Shown in pieces: positions 50,568-63,392 of a stretch of 64,000 nucleotides of DNA. Both the position numbers and the translations under genes were made by a program. The stretch's first letter is position 1, and the number at the start of each line of letters is the position of its first letter. The stretch covers positions 246,996 to 310,995 of the forward strand of contig NIVC01000704.1 of the NCBI GenBank assembly GCA_002269645.1, written 5' to 3'. The notes under the pieces are model-generated. The model saw only the letters and a program-made list of their open reading frames with translations, searched no databases and was not told where the DNA came from. The DNA comes from Macrostomum lignano. Its lineage: Eukaryota.

Positions 50568-53500
50568 TCAGAATCCGCCCGAGATGGCGGTGCCGGCAAC
50601 TCCCAGGCAGGAGCCGCGGCTGCCGAAGGTGCACTTCCAGGAGGTCGCTGGCGTAACAGAGGCCGATAATTTAAGTCAGGCTGTGTTTCCAATGCAAATA
50701 ATCAGCCTTGCGAATGTAAACAACTAGCACTATTCACAGCAGTCACGCTATTCACAGCAGTCACATCATTCACAGCATTCACACTATTCACAGCAGTCAC
50801 ACTATTCACAGCAGTCACACTATTCACAGCAGTCACACTATTCACAGCAGTCACACTATTCACAGCAGTCACACTATTCACAGCATTCACACCATTCACA
50901 GCGTTCACACTATTCATAGCAGTCACACTATTCACAGCATTCACACTATTCACAGCGTTCACACTATTCATAGCAGTCACACCATTCACAGCATTCACAC
51001 TACTCACAGCAGTCACACTATTCACAGCATTCACACTATTCACAGCATTCACACTATTCACAGCATTCACACTATTCACAGCGTTCACACTATTCATAGC
51101 AGTCACACTATTCACAGCATTCACACTATTCACAGCAGTCACACTATTCACAGCGTTCACACTATTCACAGCGTTCACACTGTTTACAGCATGACTGATT
51201 ATGAATGGCTATTAACAGTAGAACTACCGAGGGGGGGGGGAAGAAAAATCCCCCCTGACAATTTTTTGCTGCGCCGGAGTGGAGCAACGCAGGCACACGA
51301 AATTCAAGAACACGGGCTAACTCTTTGTTACGCGCCTTCTCAAACAAGAATCAAGTCGCCAGCCTACCGGACCGTCGAGATATTCGACGATTCTGACATA
51401 AAGTCGGTGCATTTAAGTACACCCCTGTGCGCCAATCAGCACTGCGCCTCAGTGCAGCCTTGCCAAGCCTCCAAATTTCATCAGCACATCGACAACATGT
51501 GTCTGCATCAGCTATGACTTCGTCACTGGCCTTCACACAGGCGGAGCTTCTGGACCTTCAACAGGTGGCACCAGGGGACTTTGAACATCCTGATGCGAAC
51601 TTCTCTTGGTAGTTCGACGGGCGGAAAAATGGCTTGGTATTCCTACTGTTACATGCATTGCTAAATAGTTCAGCTACTCAATTGAGCTGTTAAATGCATT
51701 GCTAAATAGTTCAGCTACTCAATTGAGCTGTTAAATGCATTGCTAAATAGTTCAGCTACTCAATTGAGCTGTTAAATGCATTGCTAAATAGTTCAGCTAC
51801 TCAATTGAACTCATCCGAAGAATCTGTGCAACTGGTGACGTCCGACCGCAGTGAACAGTGAACCCTGGCAGTCTCTGGGCTTGATTACTCACAGGTGGGC
51901 GGTCGCTTGTCCTCGAACCAGTACTTGTTGCCAGCTCGGGCGCGCTGCAGCGCCTTCGAGCTTCGCTGCTGCTGCAGCCCCGTGGCCGGCCGCCGCGGGG
52001 TCGCCTGCGGCCGGAGACCGGTGGCTGGCACTGCCTGCACGCCGAGGCTGCAGCCGGGCGAAAGGCCGTGCGGCGGAAAGCGCTGACAGTCAGACGTCAC
52101 TCCGGCTGCGGCGGTGATTTGTTCATCGTCGAGATAAGCGCCGTCGGGAATTTTCAAGCCACCCCACACCGCCTTTTCCACACTCCCTGACTTTTCTAGC
52201 CACCCCACACCGCCTTTTCCACACTCCCTGACTTTTCTAGCCACCCCACACCGCGTTTCCACACTCCCTGAATTTTCTAGCCACCCCAAACCGCCTTTCC
52301 ACACTCCCTGACTTTCTAGCCACCCCACACCGCGTTTCCACACTCCCTGACTTTTCTAGCCACCCCACACCGCGTTTCCACACTCCCTGACTTTTCTAGC
52401 CACCCCACACCGCCTTTCCACACTCCCAGACTTTTCCATCCACCCCACACCGCGTTTCCACACTCCCTGACTTTTCCATCCACCCCACACCGCCTTTTCC
52501 CACTCCCAGACTTTTCCATCCACCCCACACCGACTTTCCACACTCCCAGACTTTTCCATCCACCCCACACCGCCTTTCCCACTCCCAGACTTTTCTAGCC
52601 ACCCCACGCCGCGGTTCCACACTCCCTGACTTTTCTAGCCACCCCACACCGCGTTTCCACACTCCCTGACTTTTCCAGCCACCCCACACCGCCTTTTTCC
52701 ACTCCCAGACTTTTCCATCAACCCCACACCGCGTTTCCACACTCCCTGACTTTTCCAGCCACCCCACACCGCCTTTTCCCACTCCCTGACTTTTCCAGCC
52801 ACCCCACACCGCCTTTTCCCACTCCCTGACTTTTCCATCCACCCCACACCGCCTTTCTCCACCTCTGACTTTTCCAGCCACCCCACACCGCCTTTTCCCA
52901 CTCCCTGACTTTTCCATCCACCCCACACCGCCTTTCTCCACCTCTGACTTTTCCAGCCACCCCACACCGCCTTTTCCACACTCCCTGACTTTTCCATCCA
53001 CCCCACACCGCCTTTTCCCACTCCCTGACTTTTCCAGCCACCCCACACCGCCTTTTCTACACTCCCTGACTTTTCCATCCACCCCACACCGCCTTTCCAC
53101 ACTCCCTGACTTTTCCAGCCACCCCACACCGCCTTTTCTACACTCCCTGACTTTTCCATCCACCCCACACCGCCTTTCCACACTCCCTGACTTTTCCATC
53201 CACCCCACACCGCGTTTCCACACTCCCTGACTTTTCCATCCACCCCACACCGCCTTTTCCCACTCCCAGACTTTTCCATCCACCCCACACCGACTTTCCA
53301 CACTCCCAGACTTTTCCATCCACCCCACACCGCCTTTCCCACTCCCAGACTTTTCTAGCCACCCCACGCCGCGGTTCCACACTCCCTGACTTTTCTAGCC
53401 ACCCCACACCGCGTTTCCACACTCCCTGACTTTTCCAGCCACCCCACACCGCCTTTTTCCACTCCCAGACTTTTCCATCAACCCCACACCGCGTTTCCAC

Positions 53501-55945
53501 ACTCCCTGACTTTTCCAGCCACCCCACACCGCCTTTTCCCACTCCCTGACTTTTCCAGCCACCCCACACCGCCTTTTCCCACTCCCTGACTTTTCCATCC
53601 ACCCCACACCGCCTTTCTCCACCTCTGACTTTTCCAGCCACCCCACACCGCCTTTTCCCACTCCCTGACTTTTCCATCCACCCCACACCGCCTTTCTCCA
53701 CCTCTGACTTTTCCAGCCACCCCACACCGCCTTTTCCACACTCCCTGACTTTTCCATCCACCCCACACCGCCTTTTCCCACTCCCTGACTTTTCCAGCCA
53801 CCCCACACCGCCTTTTCTACACTCCCTGACTTTTCCATCCACCCCACACCGCCTTTCCACACTCCCTGACTTTTCCAGCCACCCCACACCGCCTTTTCCA
53901 CACTCCCTGACTTTTCCATCCACCCCACACCGCCTTTCCACACTCCCTGACTTTTCCATCCACCCCACACCGCCTTTCCACACTCCCTGACTTTTCCAGC
54001 CACCCCACACCGCCTTTTCCACACTCCCTGACTTTTCCATCCACCCCACACCGCCTTTCCACACTCCCTGACTTTTCCAGCCACCCCACACCGCCTTTTC
54101 CACACTCCCTGACTTTTCCATCCACCCCACACCGCCTTTTTCCACTCCCTGACTTTTCCAGCCACCCCACACCGCCTTTTCTACACTCCCTGACTTTTCC
54201 ATCCACCCCACACCGCCTTTCCACACTCCCTGACTTTTCCATCCACTCACACCGCCTTTCCACACTCCCTGACTTTTCCAGCCACCCCACACCGCCTTTT
54301 CCACACTCCCTGACTTTTCCATCCACCCCACACCGCCTTTCCACACTCCCTGACTTTTCCAGCCACCCCACACCGCCTTTTCCACACTCCCTGACTTTTC
54401 CATCCACCCCACACCGCCTTTTTCCACTCCCTGACTTTTCCAGCCACCCACACCGCCTTTCCACACTCCCTGACTTTTCCAGCCACCCCACACCGCCTTT
54501 TCCCACTCCCAGACTTTTCCATCCACCCACACCGCCTTTCCACACTCCCTGACTTTTCCAGCCACCCCACACCGCCTTTTCCCACTCCCAGACTTTTCCA
54601 TCCACCCACACCGCCTTTCCACACTCCCTGACTTTTCCAGCCATCTCTCTTCATTTTCTTGACCAATCAGGACGCGTCCCATTCCTCACCGTTAATATAG
54701 ACCATGTGGTTGCCAAGGTTGCCGGTGCACTGGGTCACGTGACGCCAGTTGCTGCCGACTCGACCGGCGCGATAAAAAGCCGCCTGACTGCCGTCCTTGG
54801 GCGCGGCCGGGACGGAGGCTGGCAGCGGCCCCAGCGTGACAGTCTTGCCGTAGGGGTTCAGGAAGCGAACGGGCTGTGTCACGGGCAGTCCGTGGTATCC
54901 GGGCAGCTGCTGGCTAGTCGAGTAGGCGGCCTGCCAGGCGTTCGCTGCCGTCTCCGACCCGTCGTCGGGGTAGCAGCTGGAGTGACCGCCGCCGCCCCTG
55001 TCGGCCAGCATTTCGTAGGCGTCCTGGTACTCACCGAATGCGTGACTTGGGGAGTCCGTCTGCGGGGTCGGGAAGGATTCCTGTAAGCTACTGAGACTCG
55101 ATGATGAGACTCCATGAGAGACAGTGAGACTCCATGAGAGACAATGAGACTCCATGAGAGACAGTGAGACTCTATGAGAGACGGTGAGAGTCTATGAGAG
55201 ACAGTGAGACTCCACAAGAGACAGTGAGACTCCAAGCGAGACAGTGAGATTCCATGAGAGACAGTGAGACTCCATAAGAGACAGTGAGACTCCATGAGAG
55301 ACAGTGAGACTCTATGAGAGACAGTGAGACTCCATGAGAGACAGTGAGACTCCATGAGAGACAATGAGACTCCATGAGAGACAATGAGACTCCATGAGAG
55401 ACAGTGAGACTCCATGAGAGACAGTGAGACTCTATGAGAGACAGTGAGACTCCATGAGAGACAATGAGACTCCATGAGAGACAATGAGACTCCGTGAGAG
55501 ACAATGAGACTCCATGAGAGACAGTGAGACTCCGTGAAGGACATTTTAAATTTACAATTCAAAAGGAACAAAATGACAAAACAAAACGGTAACAAAGCGG
55601 TGATAGCACAAGGAAGACAGCTTTAAAGTCTGATAGAATTTAATTCTACAGGACATCCACTTTCAGCAAAGCTGTAGAGATGCCTTCTCCTAGAGGCAGA
55701 AGACTTACACAGCCGGCTTACCCAATAGTTTCTCTGTAACGTTGACAAATTTGATGGTTAAATAGGTAGACAGTGTTAGATTGAAAATCCATGGAGTAGT
55801 GATTCGTTGACAACTGCATGTACTCATAATAGCACGTACTCACCTGGACTTCCACGCTCCTCATGAGCAAGCCGCTGTCTGGCCGACGAGCCGCCGCGGC
55901 GCTCCAGTCCGCTGACCTGCGCGAGCTGCAATTTTGAGTTGCCAT
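50568..55945 (-). CDS. Uncharacterised multi-exon protein; proposed exons 55945-55844, 55080-54690, 52105-51893, 50647-50568
   Basis: Canonical GT/AG sites with phases 0,1,1 and GC3-rich codons. The product contains PVRFLNPYGKTVTLGP, GSNWRHVTQCTGNLGNHMVYIN and KALQRARAGNKYWFEDKRPPT. No family recognised; the terminal and first exons are uncertain. Confidence 0.5.
50728..51190. repeat. 18-bp minisatellite (cactattcacagcagtca)
   Basis: About 25 copies, intronic. Confidence 0.95.
51653..51808. repeat. 41-bp tandem repeat
   Basis: About 3.7 copies of atgcattgctaaatagttcagctactcaattgagctgttaa. Confidence 0.92.
52159..54642. repeat. ~40-bp C-rich minisatellite (ccaccccacaccgccttttccacactccctgacttttccag) with a 760-bp higher-order duplication
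   Basis: About 60 units; the variant order starting at 52441 recurs at 53201. Confidence 0.95.
55103..55537. repeat. 20-bp minisatellite (gagactccatgagagacagt)
   Basis: About 21 copies, intronic. Confidence 0.95.
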
Positions 55946-56639
55946 GGCTGAATTTCACTGTCAGTCTCAATTATTATGCCGTAAATTTCGAGTAAAATGA
56001 AGCTAATACATTACCTAGCGGTAATACTCTTGCGGGACATTTATGGTCGAATAAAAATTATTTTATCTCTCCTCTAGACTGGTATTTTCTCCGAGCGCAC
56101 CGCAGCGGTGTCTGGACCAGTTTGCGTGAACTCTCTGAGACTGCCAAGCAGACTCTTGTCTAATAAATACCTCTATGAGGCAGTTTTACTGTAAAGCAGG
56201 CAGGAGCGGGGGCTGGGGACGGTGAGAGGGCAGCTCAGGTGTAGCCAAAACCCCAGACAGGCACTATTGAGCTAGAGATGAAGAGAACTGAGCAGCATTG
56301 AGTAGAGCGAAGCGGAGAAGCTGCCTCTGAGGCGCACTCTTGCTTCGAATATTTTGATCTTGCCTGTTTTGCGAAAAAATGCACTCAAGTTTAAGTTTTA
56401 GCGAACCTTAAGCCACGCAAACATAATTAAATGGATAATTAAAACGGCTCGCACATCAAATTGCCTTCTCCTCTGCTGACTCTGGGACTCTGTGACCATA
56501 ATTTAACTAACTAGATAATAATTTGCTTGTCTGACAGGCAATCTAGTCAGCGGTTCCTGGAGGTCCGAGGCTCGATTCCCGGAGTGCCCACAATTATAGA
56601 GAGAGCATGTAGAGCTTGCACATGCCTGATGACCCTGTG

Positions 56640-57568
56640 TAAGACCTGCTGTGAGACCTGCTCAGGCAAGATGCCTCTTCACCGGCTGTGAGACCTGCTG
56701 TGAGACCTGCTCAGGCAAGATGCCTCCTCACCGGCTGTGAGACCTGCTGTGAGACCTGCTCAGGCAAGATGCCTCCTCACCGGCTGTGAGACCTGCTGTG
56801 AGACCTGCTCAGGCAAGATGTCTCCTCACCGGCTGTGAGACCTGCTGTGAGACCTGCTCAGGCAAGATGCCTCCTCACCGGCTGTGAGACCTGCTGTGAG
56901 ACCTGCTCAGGCAAGATGTCTTCTCACCGGCTGTGAGACCGCACCTGCTCAGGCAAGATGTCTTCTCACCGGCTGTGAGACCGCACCTGCTCAGGCAAGA
57001 TGTCTTCTCACCGGCTGTGAGACCGCGCCTGCCCAGGCAAGATGTCTTCTCACCGGCTGTGAGACCGCGCCTGCCCAGGCAAGATGTCTTTTCACCGGCT
57101 GTGAGACCGCGACTGCTCAGCAAGATGTCTTCTCACCGGCTGTGAGACCGCACCTGCTCAGGCAAGATGTCTTCTCACCGGCTGTGAGACCGCACCTGCT
57201 CAGGCAAGATGTCTTTTCACCGGCTGTGAGACCGCACCTGCTCAGGCAAGATGTCTTTTCACCGGCTGTGAGACCGCACCTGCCCAGGCAAGATGTCTTT
57301 TCACCGGCTGTGAGACCGCACCTGCTCAGGCAAGATGTCTTCTCACCGGCTGTGAGACCGCACCTGCTCAGGCAAGATGTCTTCTCACCGGCTGTGAGAC
57401 CGCACCTGCTCAGGCAAGATGTCTTCTCACCGGCTGTGAGACCGCGCCTGCCCAGGAAAGATGTCTTTTCACCGGCTGTGAGACCGCGACTGCTCAGGCA
57501 AGATGTCTTCTCACCGGCTATGAGACGCCCCTGCTCAGACAAGATGTCTCCTCACCGGCTGTGAGACC
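56640..57568. repeat. 49-bp then 42-bp related minisatellite (ctgtgagaccgcacctgctcaggcaagatgtcttctcaccgg)
   Basis: The unit switches from 49 to 42 bp near 56900. Confidence 0.93.
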
Positions 57569-57650
57569 ATATCCTTGAAGGGGCCTCAATGCCTACACAA
57601 ATTATTGTTAACCATCGAAGTGCACTTTAACACGAGCAGCCCTATCTTAC

Positions 57651-58211
57651 CTGGATGCTGGAAACGGATGAAGCGTGGTTCTGGCGGCCAGATCTGCACC
57701 AAACTGGAGGCTCCTCAAATTATTTCCCGTCTTGGCCCGGCTCAGCTTCTCCATGGCGCTGCTGAGAACTCCGTCCGGGATTATATTATTGCCTTCTTCT
57801 TGGGCCTCTTCTAAAAGGAACGGAAGTAACGGCAACTCACGGTTGGTGCGATTGTGTGCGTTTCCAACTGGCAGAAGTGACGCCAGCACTCTACTTAGGC
57901 CTTCATACGGATGCTATTGATGCACTGATAAAGCTGAGTTCATGCCAGCCTATCAGCAATCCTCAACTCCCGTTTCTGCGTGTGCTCAGCAGTCCGAGAC
58001 GCTGCATCAGTTATAGCCTCATGCATGTATTCAGTCACTGTTAATCTCGAGAGCTTCCTGAGTTCTCAGTCTCACCCCCTAGCCACAATGGCATACTGGA
58101 GCGGCCTGGTCGGTCCCTGCTCAAGCTTAAGAGCCGCTCGCCCCGGCATCGTCCCGGCAAACCACCAGACCATGAATTATGCAACAATGCGAGTCTCTCT
58201 TTTCTGTAGGG
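57651..58211 (-). CDS. Two putative phase-compatible exons (58211-58076 and 57810-57651), possibly upstream parts of the gene at 50568-55945
   Basis: Acceptors ctcagcag and ttccttttag, donors GTGAGA and GTAAGA. An open frame joins in phase 1 (…PLWLG-E-EAQEEGNNIIPDGV…). I could not link it in phase to exon 55945. Confidence 0.35.
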
Positions 58212-58292
58212 CTGCTGAGAACTCAAAGTTTTCTAAGGGATTCTCCTCATCCTCATCATTCTGCCTCAAAATCTCGCTGTATTACTCTAGGT

Positions 58293-58680
58293 GTCCGACT
58301 CAGCTGGCTGTCCGACTCAGCTGGCTGTCCGACTCAGCTGGCTGTCTGACTCAGCTGGCTGTCCGACTCAACACACGACCTGCTGATTCCAACACATGAC
58401 CTGCTGATTCCAACACATGACCTGCTGATTCCAACACATGACCTACTGATTCAAACGCATGACCTGCTGATTCCAACACATGACCTACTGATTCAAACGC
58501 ATGACCTGCTGATTCAAACGCATGACCTGCTGATTCCAACACACGACCTACTGATTCCAACACATGACCTGCTGATTCCAACACATGACCTACTGATTCC
58601 AACACATGACCTGCTGATTCCAACACTCGACCTACTGATTCCAACACATGACCAATTCATTCCAGCACATGACCTGCTGA
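58293..58680. repeat. 17-bp repeat (ctgtccgactcagctgg) followed by the 21-bp gattccaacacatgacct repeat
   Basis: The second part is the same family as 48147-49000. Confidence 0.92.
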
Positions 58681-59002
58681 CCAAGACCAAGTCCCATGGC
58701 AACCGACATCTTGATCAGCCTTACTATTCATATCATTTTTTATGGAGATCACCTCAGAAAGTTTCTTTGATTTTCCGTTTTGGTCAATATCTGCCTGTTT
58801 TTTCATGAAAATGTACCTCATCGGCAGTCATGGTGAATTTTACTCCATCGGTTTTGCAGCGTAGGGAAATAAGTAGAAGTGGATTTGATTGCTATTTAGA
58901 GAATAGTACTTATAGTAGGAAATTGAACATGTACATATTATTTGTAGAACGACACAAAGTAATTTTTATGGTCATTCGTCTAATTCAGACAAAGAAGTAA
59001 GG

Positions 59003-59246
59003 TGTCAGAAAATGAGTCAGGTGTCACCAAATGAGTCAGGTGTCAGCAAATGAGTCAGGTGTCACGGAATGAGTCAGGTGTCAGCAAATGAGTCAGGTGT
59101 CAGCAAATGAGTCAGGTGTCAGCAAATGAGTCAGGTGTCAGCAAATGAGTCAGGTGTCCAAATGAGTCAGGTGTCAGCAAATGAGTCATGTGTCAGCAAA
59201 TGAGTCAGGTGTCACCGAATGAGTCAGGTGTCAGCAAATGAGTCAG
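59003..59246. repeat. 19-bp minisatellite with TGAGTCA in each unit
   Basis: About 13 copies of aatgagtcaggtgtcagca. Confidence 0.93.
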
Positions 59247-59696
59247 TCTTCATTGAATGTCATGAATCCTGGGGTCATTATTATACCTGAAATTTTATCT
59301 CTGAATAATTAATGAACGATGCAGCCAAAAGTGACCTCAGTGCCATTATAACCAGGGCAGGAACTTCCTCAATTCAGCAAGTCCTTGAAAAAACACTCCA
59401 GCACTGAGCGACTGAGAAGCTAGAGATGAAGCTACTATGCTGAAGCTTGAGATCTTCACTTTCTGATTTTAATCGACAGCTCAGGGAGCCTGGCAGTCCC
59501 GTATCAACAAGAAAAAAGCACAACATCATTTGCATTTCCAAGTCAGGAAAAATTATTGCTTCCAGGAGAAGCTGAGTTCAAAGTTCTCTTGCCTGGTCGC
59601 TGCAAGGCCCGGGAACTGTGAGCCGGTCCTACGTCAGGAAGAAGGAAGCGCTGTAAGGGAGCGGGCGCGAGCACAGCAGAGCATGCTGAAAGCCGC

Positions 59697-60135
59697 TAGA
59701 AAAGGTGCCACAAGACACAGGTGCGCTAGAAAAGTTTCCAGAAAGACCAAGGTGCGATAGAAAAGGTGCCAGAAGACCAAGGTGCGATAGGAAAGGTGCC
59801 AGAGGACCAAGGTGTGCTAGAAAAGGTGCCAGAAGACACAGGTGCGCTAGAAAAGGTGCCAGAAGACACAGGTGTGCTAGAAAAGGTGCCAGAAGACACA
59901 GGTGCGCTAGAAAAGGTGCCAGAAGACACAGGTGCGCTAGAAAAGGTGCCAGAAGACACAGTGCGCTAGAAAAGGTGCCAGAAGAACAAGATGTGCTTTA
60001 AAAGGTCCAGAAGACCAAGGTGTTCTCAGAAAAGGTGCCAGAAGACCAAGGTGTTCTCAGAAAATGTGCCAGAAGACCAAGGTGTTCTCAGAAAAGGTGC
60101 CAGAAGACCAAGGTGTGCTTAGAAAAGGTGCCAGA
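59697..60135. repeat. 30-bp minisatellite (gaaaaggtgccagaagacacaggtgcgcta)
   Basis: About 14 copies. Confidence 0.92.
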
Positions 60136-60204
60136 AGACCCAGAAGACACAGGGGCTCTGCTGCAATGGGGACATGAAGGGCTTCCAAAGACACAGAGAA
60201 AATA

Positions 60205-61173
60205 ATGAGAAATCATGCTTTCCCCAGCCTCATCTACATCCTCCTCTCCGCTCTCTTGATCCTGCTCTACCCAGTCCCGCAGTGCACCTTAGCCGCAGCC
60301 ATCAGACAGCTTGGCACTGCAGCAGAAGTGCTGGAAAGTAAGATGGAGAGGCGGCATTGACCGGCAAGAATTCATCACTCGTGGCGGGCCCCCGTGAGAT
60401 CCCCAATGTGGGAGCCGCCGCCGCCAGTGTGTGCGCAATCGAGTGGCGACAGAATTAAGCGAAACTCCGCGGCGCCATAACTGCGTGCGTCCGGCTTGAA
60501 GAGGCCGCGTAGCTCTCGGAGGCCTCCTGTGTAATTCGATTCGGCCGGCGGGAAAGCAGGAGACGCCAGAGCGGCCAGCCACCAACGAAACCACCGATGC
60601 GGGGGGTGATGCAGTCCTGAGAAGTTTGCCCTCCTCCCTATTCTCACTCTTCCTCTCCCGGCTGGCTTCTCCTTTTCCGGTTTTCCCCGCCTCCTCTCCG
60701 CCTCGGGGGCAACAGCAGAAAGTCCTCAGCCATCCTTGAAATAAAAGGGGGATCCTTTTTCACCCGGCCTGCCGTCTCTGTTACCCGCTCGGGCCGGTAA
60801 AGTTTTTGGGCGGAAGGCAGGAAAAGGCAAGGCGAGGCGAGGGACAATTTCGCGTCTCGTACACTTTTTCTGAGACCTCATAAGCGGGAGAGGGCGGAGC
60901 AGCGAGACGCTTCGTTTGAGCGCCGACGCGAGATAAATACAATGCAAAGAAGACGGCACTAACTCAATACTGAGCCAGAAATTTCGTTAAGACCGGCTAC
61001 CGGCCCCTTCAATCCGCATATCAGGGCTCTGGGAGGCTCCAGCCGACAAGTTCGAGCTGCATCAGTCAGGCCCGCCGCATCACCGAATGCTGCCGCTCTC
61101 AGTCCCGACCGCCGGCGTCGCCCTTCGCCTCGCCGATTGCGGAGGCCGCCGAGGTGGACATCGACCTAGCTGA
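60205..61173 (+). CDS. Small secreted precursor (~93 aa), missed by the ORF track; exons 60205-60337 and 61025-61173
   Basis: Signal MRNHAFPSLIYILLSALLILLYPVPQCTLA; donor A|GTAAGA at 60338; acceptor atatcag at 61024; phase-1 join gives ..EVLE-R-LWEAPADKFELHQ..LRLADCG-GRR-GGHRPS*. Confidence 0.55.
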
Positions 61174-61495
61174 GCAGCGCTCATCCAGCAAACTCCGCAG
61201 CGACATCATCAGCAGCAGCCGCCGGCTTCAAATCAGCATCATCAGGACATTATCAGCCGCGTCGGTTCAGCTTCGGCCGACGCGCAGAGCGGCGGCGCGC
61301 GGTGGCTGCGCGGTGCTGCGGAACCGTCAGCTGACGGCAGGAAGCAGTCGGTGCCGCGGATCGACTTTACCCACGCTGACGAAGACGATGAAGAGTGAGC
61401 TGCGGCCAAGAATATGGCTTCTTGTTGGCTTGCATGTAGTTGCTTCATGCACATGCTTCCTTGGAACCGCAGACCAGACTCCAGAACTACCAGAA

Positions 61496-62190
61496 CCACT
61501 GCCCCATGGACTGCAGAGAGCCTCTCCCTTAGCCACCACTGCCCCATGGACTGCAGAGAGCCTCTCCCTTAGCCACCACTGTCCATGGACTGCAGAGAGC
61601 CTCTCCCTTAGCCACCACTGCCCCATGGACTGCAGAGAGCCTCTCCTTAGCCACCACTGCCCATGGACTGCAGAGAGCCTCTCCCTTACCACCACTGCTC
61701 CATGGACTGCAGAGAGCCTCTCCCTTAGCCACCACTGCCCCATGGACTGCAGAGAGCCTCTCCCTTAGCCACCACTGCTCCATGGACTGCAGAGAGCCTC
61801 TCCTTAGCCACCACTGCTCCATGGACTGCAGAGCCTCTCCCTTAGCCACCACTGCTCCATGGACTGCAGAGAGCCTCTCCCTTAGCCACCACTGCTCATG
61901 GACTGCCAGAGAGCCTCTCCCTTAGCCACCACTGCTCCATGGACTGCAGAGAGCCTCTCCCTTAGCCACCACTGCTCCATGGACTGCAGAGAGCCTCTCC
62001 CTTAGCCACCACTGCCCCATGGACTGCAGAGAGCCTTTCCCTTAGCCACCACTGCCCCATGGACTGCAGAGAGCCTCTCCCTTAGCCACCACTGCTCCAT
62101 GGACTGCAGAGAGCCTCTCCTTAGCCACCACTGCTCCATGGACTGCAGAGAGCCTCTCCCTTAGCCACCACTGCTCCATGGACTGCAGAG
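61496..62190. repeat. ~39-40-bp minisatellite (ccatggactgcagagagcctctcccttagccaccactgc)
   Basis: About 17 copies. Confidence 0.95.
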
Positions 62191-63392
62191 CTTCAGTGTA
62201 CCTGAAAATCTGCACCCGGTCCGCCTTGAAATCCCAAGCTAAACCCAAGCCTGACCGACGCGGAATCTGATTCTTCTGATTCTTCTGGCCGGTCCTAGCG
62301 GAGCTTCTGTATCTCATTACGAAATTGCTTTCCTAATGCCTCTCCAGTCCTTAGGAAAGATACCGCAGCTCGGAGCCAGAAATCATAAATCACTTTTGTG
62401 CAGAGCACGCAGTCTCCGACCCTGCCTCAGCTCTCGGCGCGAGATGCCGGAAGCCGCCCCAAATGGTTGCCAAAGCATGAATGCGGCGGGATGCTGCGAG
62501 TCGGACAGATATTAAGGCCTATCTGAGGTGGCGGCCTCCTCCACATAATAAAATGATTTCCCTGCCGCCTAAGTGCTGCCAATAGCATAATGGGAGAACA
62601 GGGAGGGAGGCTGCTGATAGCCCCCGGGTCGGCAATAAAACTCTCTTTCACTCTGTTCCCCGCCGCCTCAAATCTTTCTCCAGCAGAGATGAGAGCAATG
62701 GCAGAGATCTCTGATTCTGTGGCGTAGCCAATCGGGAAAAGTTTTTGCAGTTAATCCGCCTGTCCACTTGGCCTCATTGTCTCTGTATAATAGGGGAGGG
62801 GCCGGCCGCTTTCCCTGCCAGGGGCGGTTAGACAAACTCAGCTTGGCACCGGCCCCACCGCTCTTGTTTGGAGATTGAAAAAACGCAGCAATCAGTCATC
62901 GAGGCCGGTCGCTTGACACAACGGCAAATTGGGGCCCCGCAGCAACTGGCCGGCCGCTTCCTCCTCGGCTGAAACAGGAACTCCGCGAAACTAGAGCCCA
63001 GCGCAGGCTTTGCCCTGTGCAAACTGCGGCTCAGCCCGGCTGTCAGCTGGGGGGGACCAAGTTGTTAAAGAGCAATTTTTCTCCTGCACTTTTACAGTCA
63101 ACTTCTTGGCTTGTTACTGGGATAACCCGAAGTTAAAAGGTAATTGATCATCTACCTGCTCTCAATTCATCATTACCGCTACCAGATTTTCCAATTCGAA
63201 ATCAATCTAGTGATGAACGAGTAATTAATCGATATTTATACTATGTGTTGTCTACGGGACAGCCTAGTAAGCTAGCGCATTTGCAGTCAGTGCTGCAAGT
63301 TAAGCAGAGTTTGCCGGGGTTAGTATGCAGATGAATAGGCTGCTTTGGTCATGCCTCAAGAGCGGCCACAATGAGCAAGTGGTCAACCAAGC

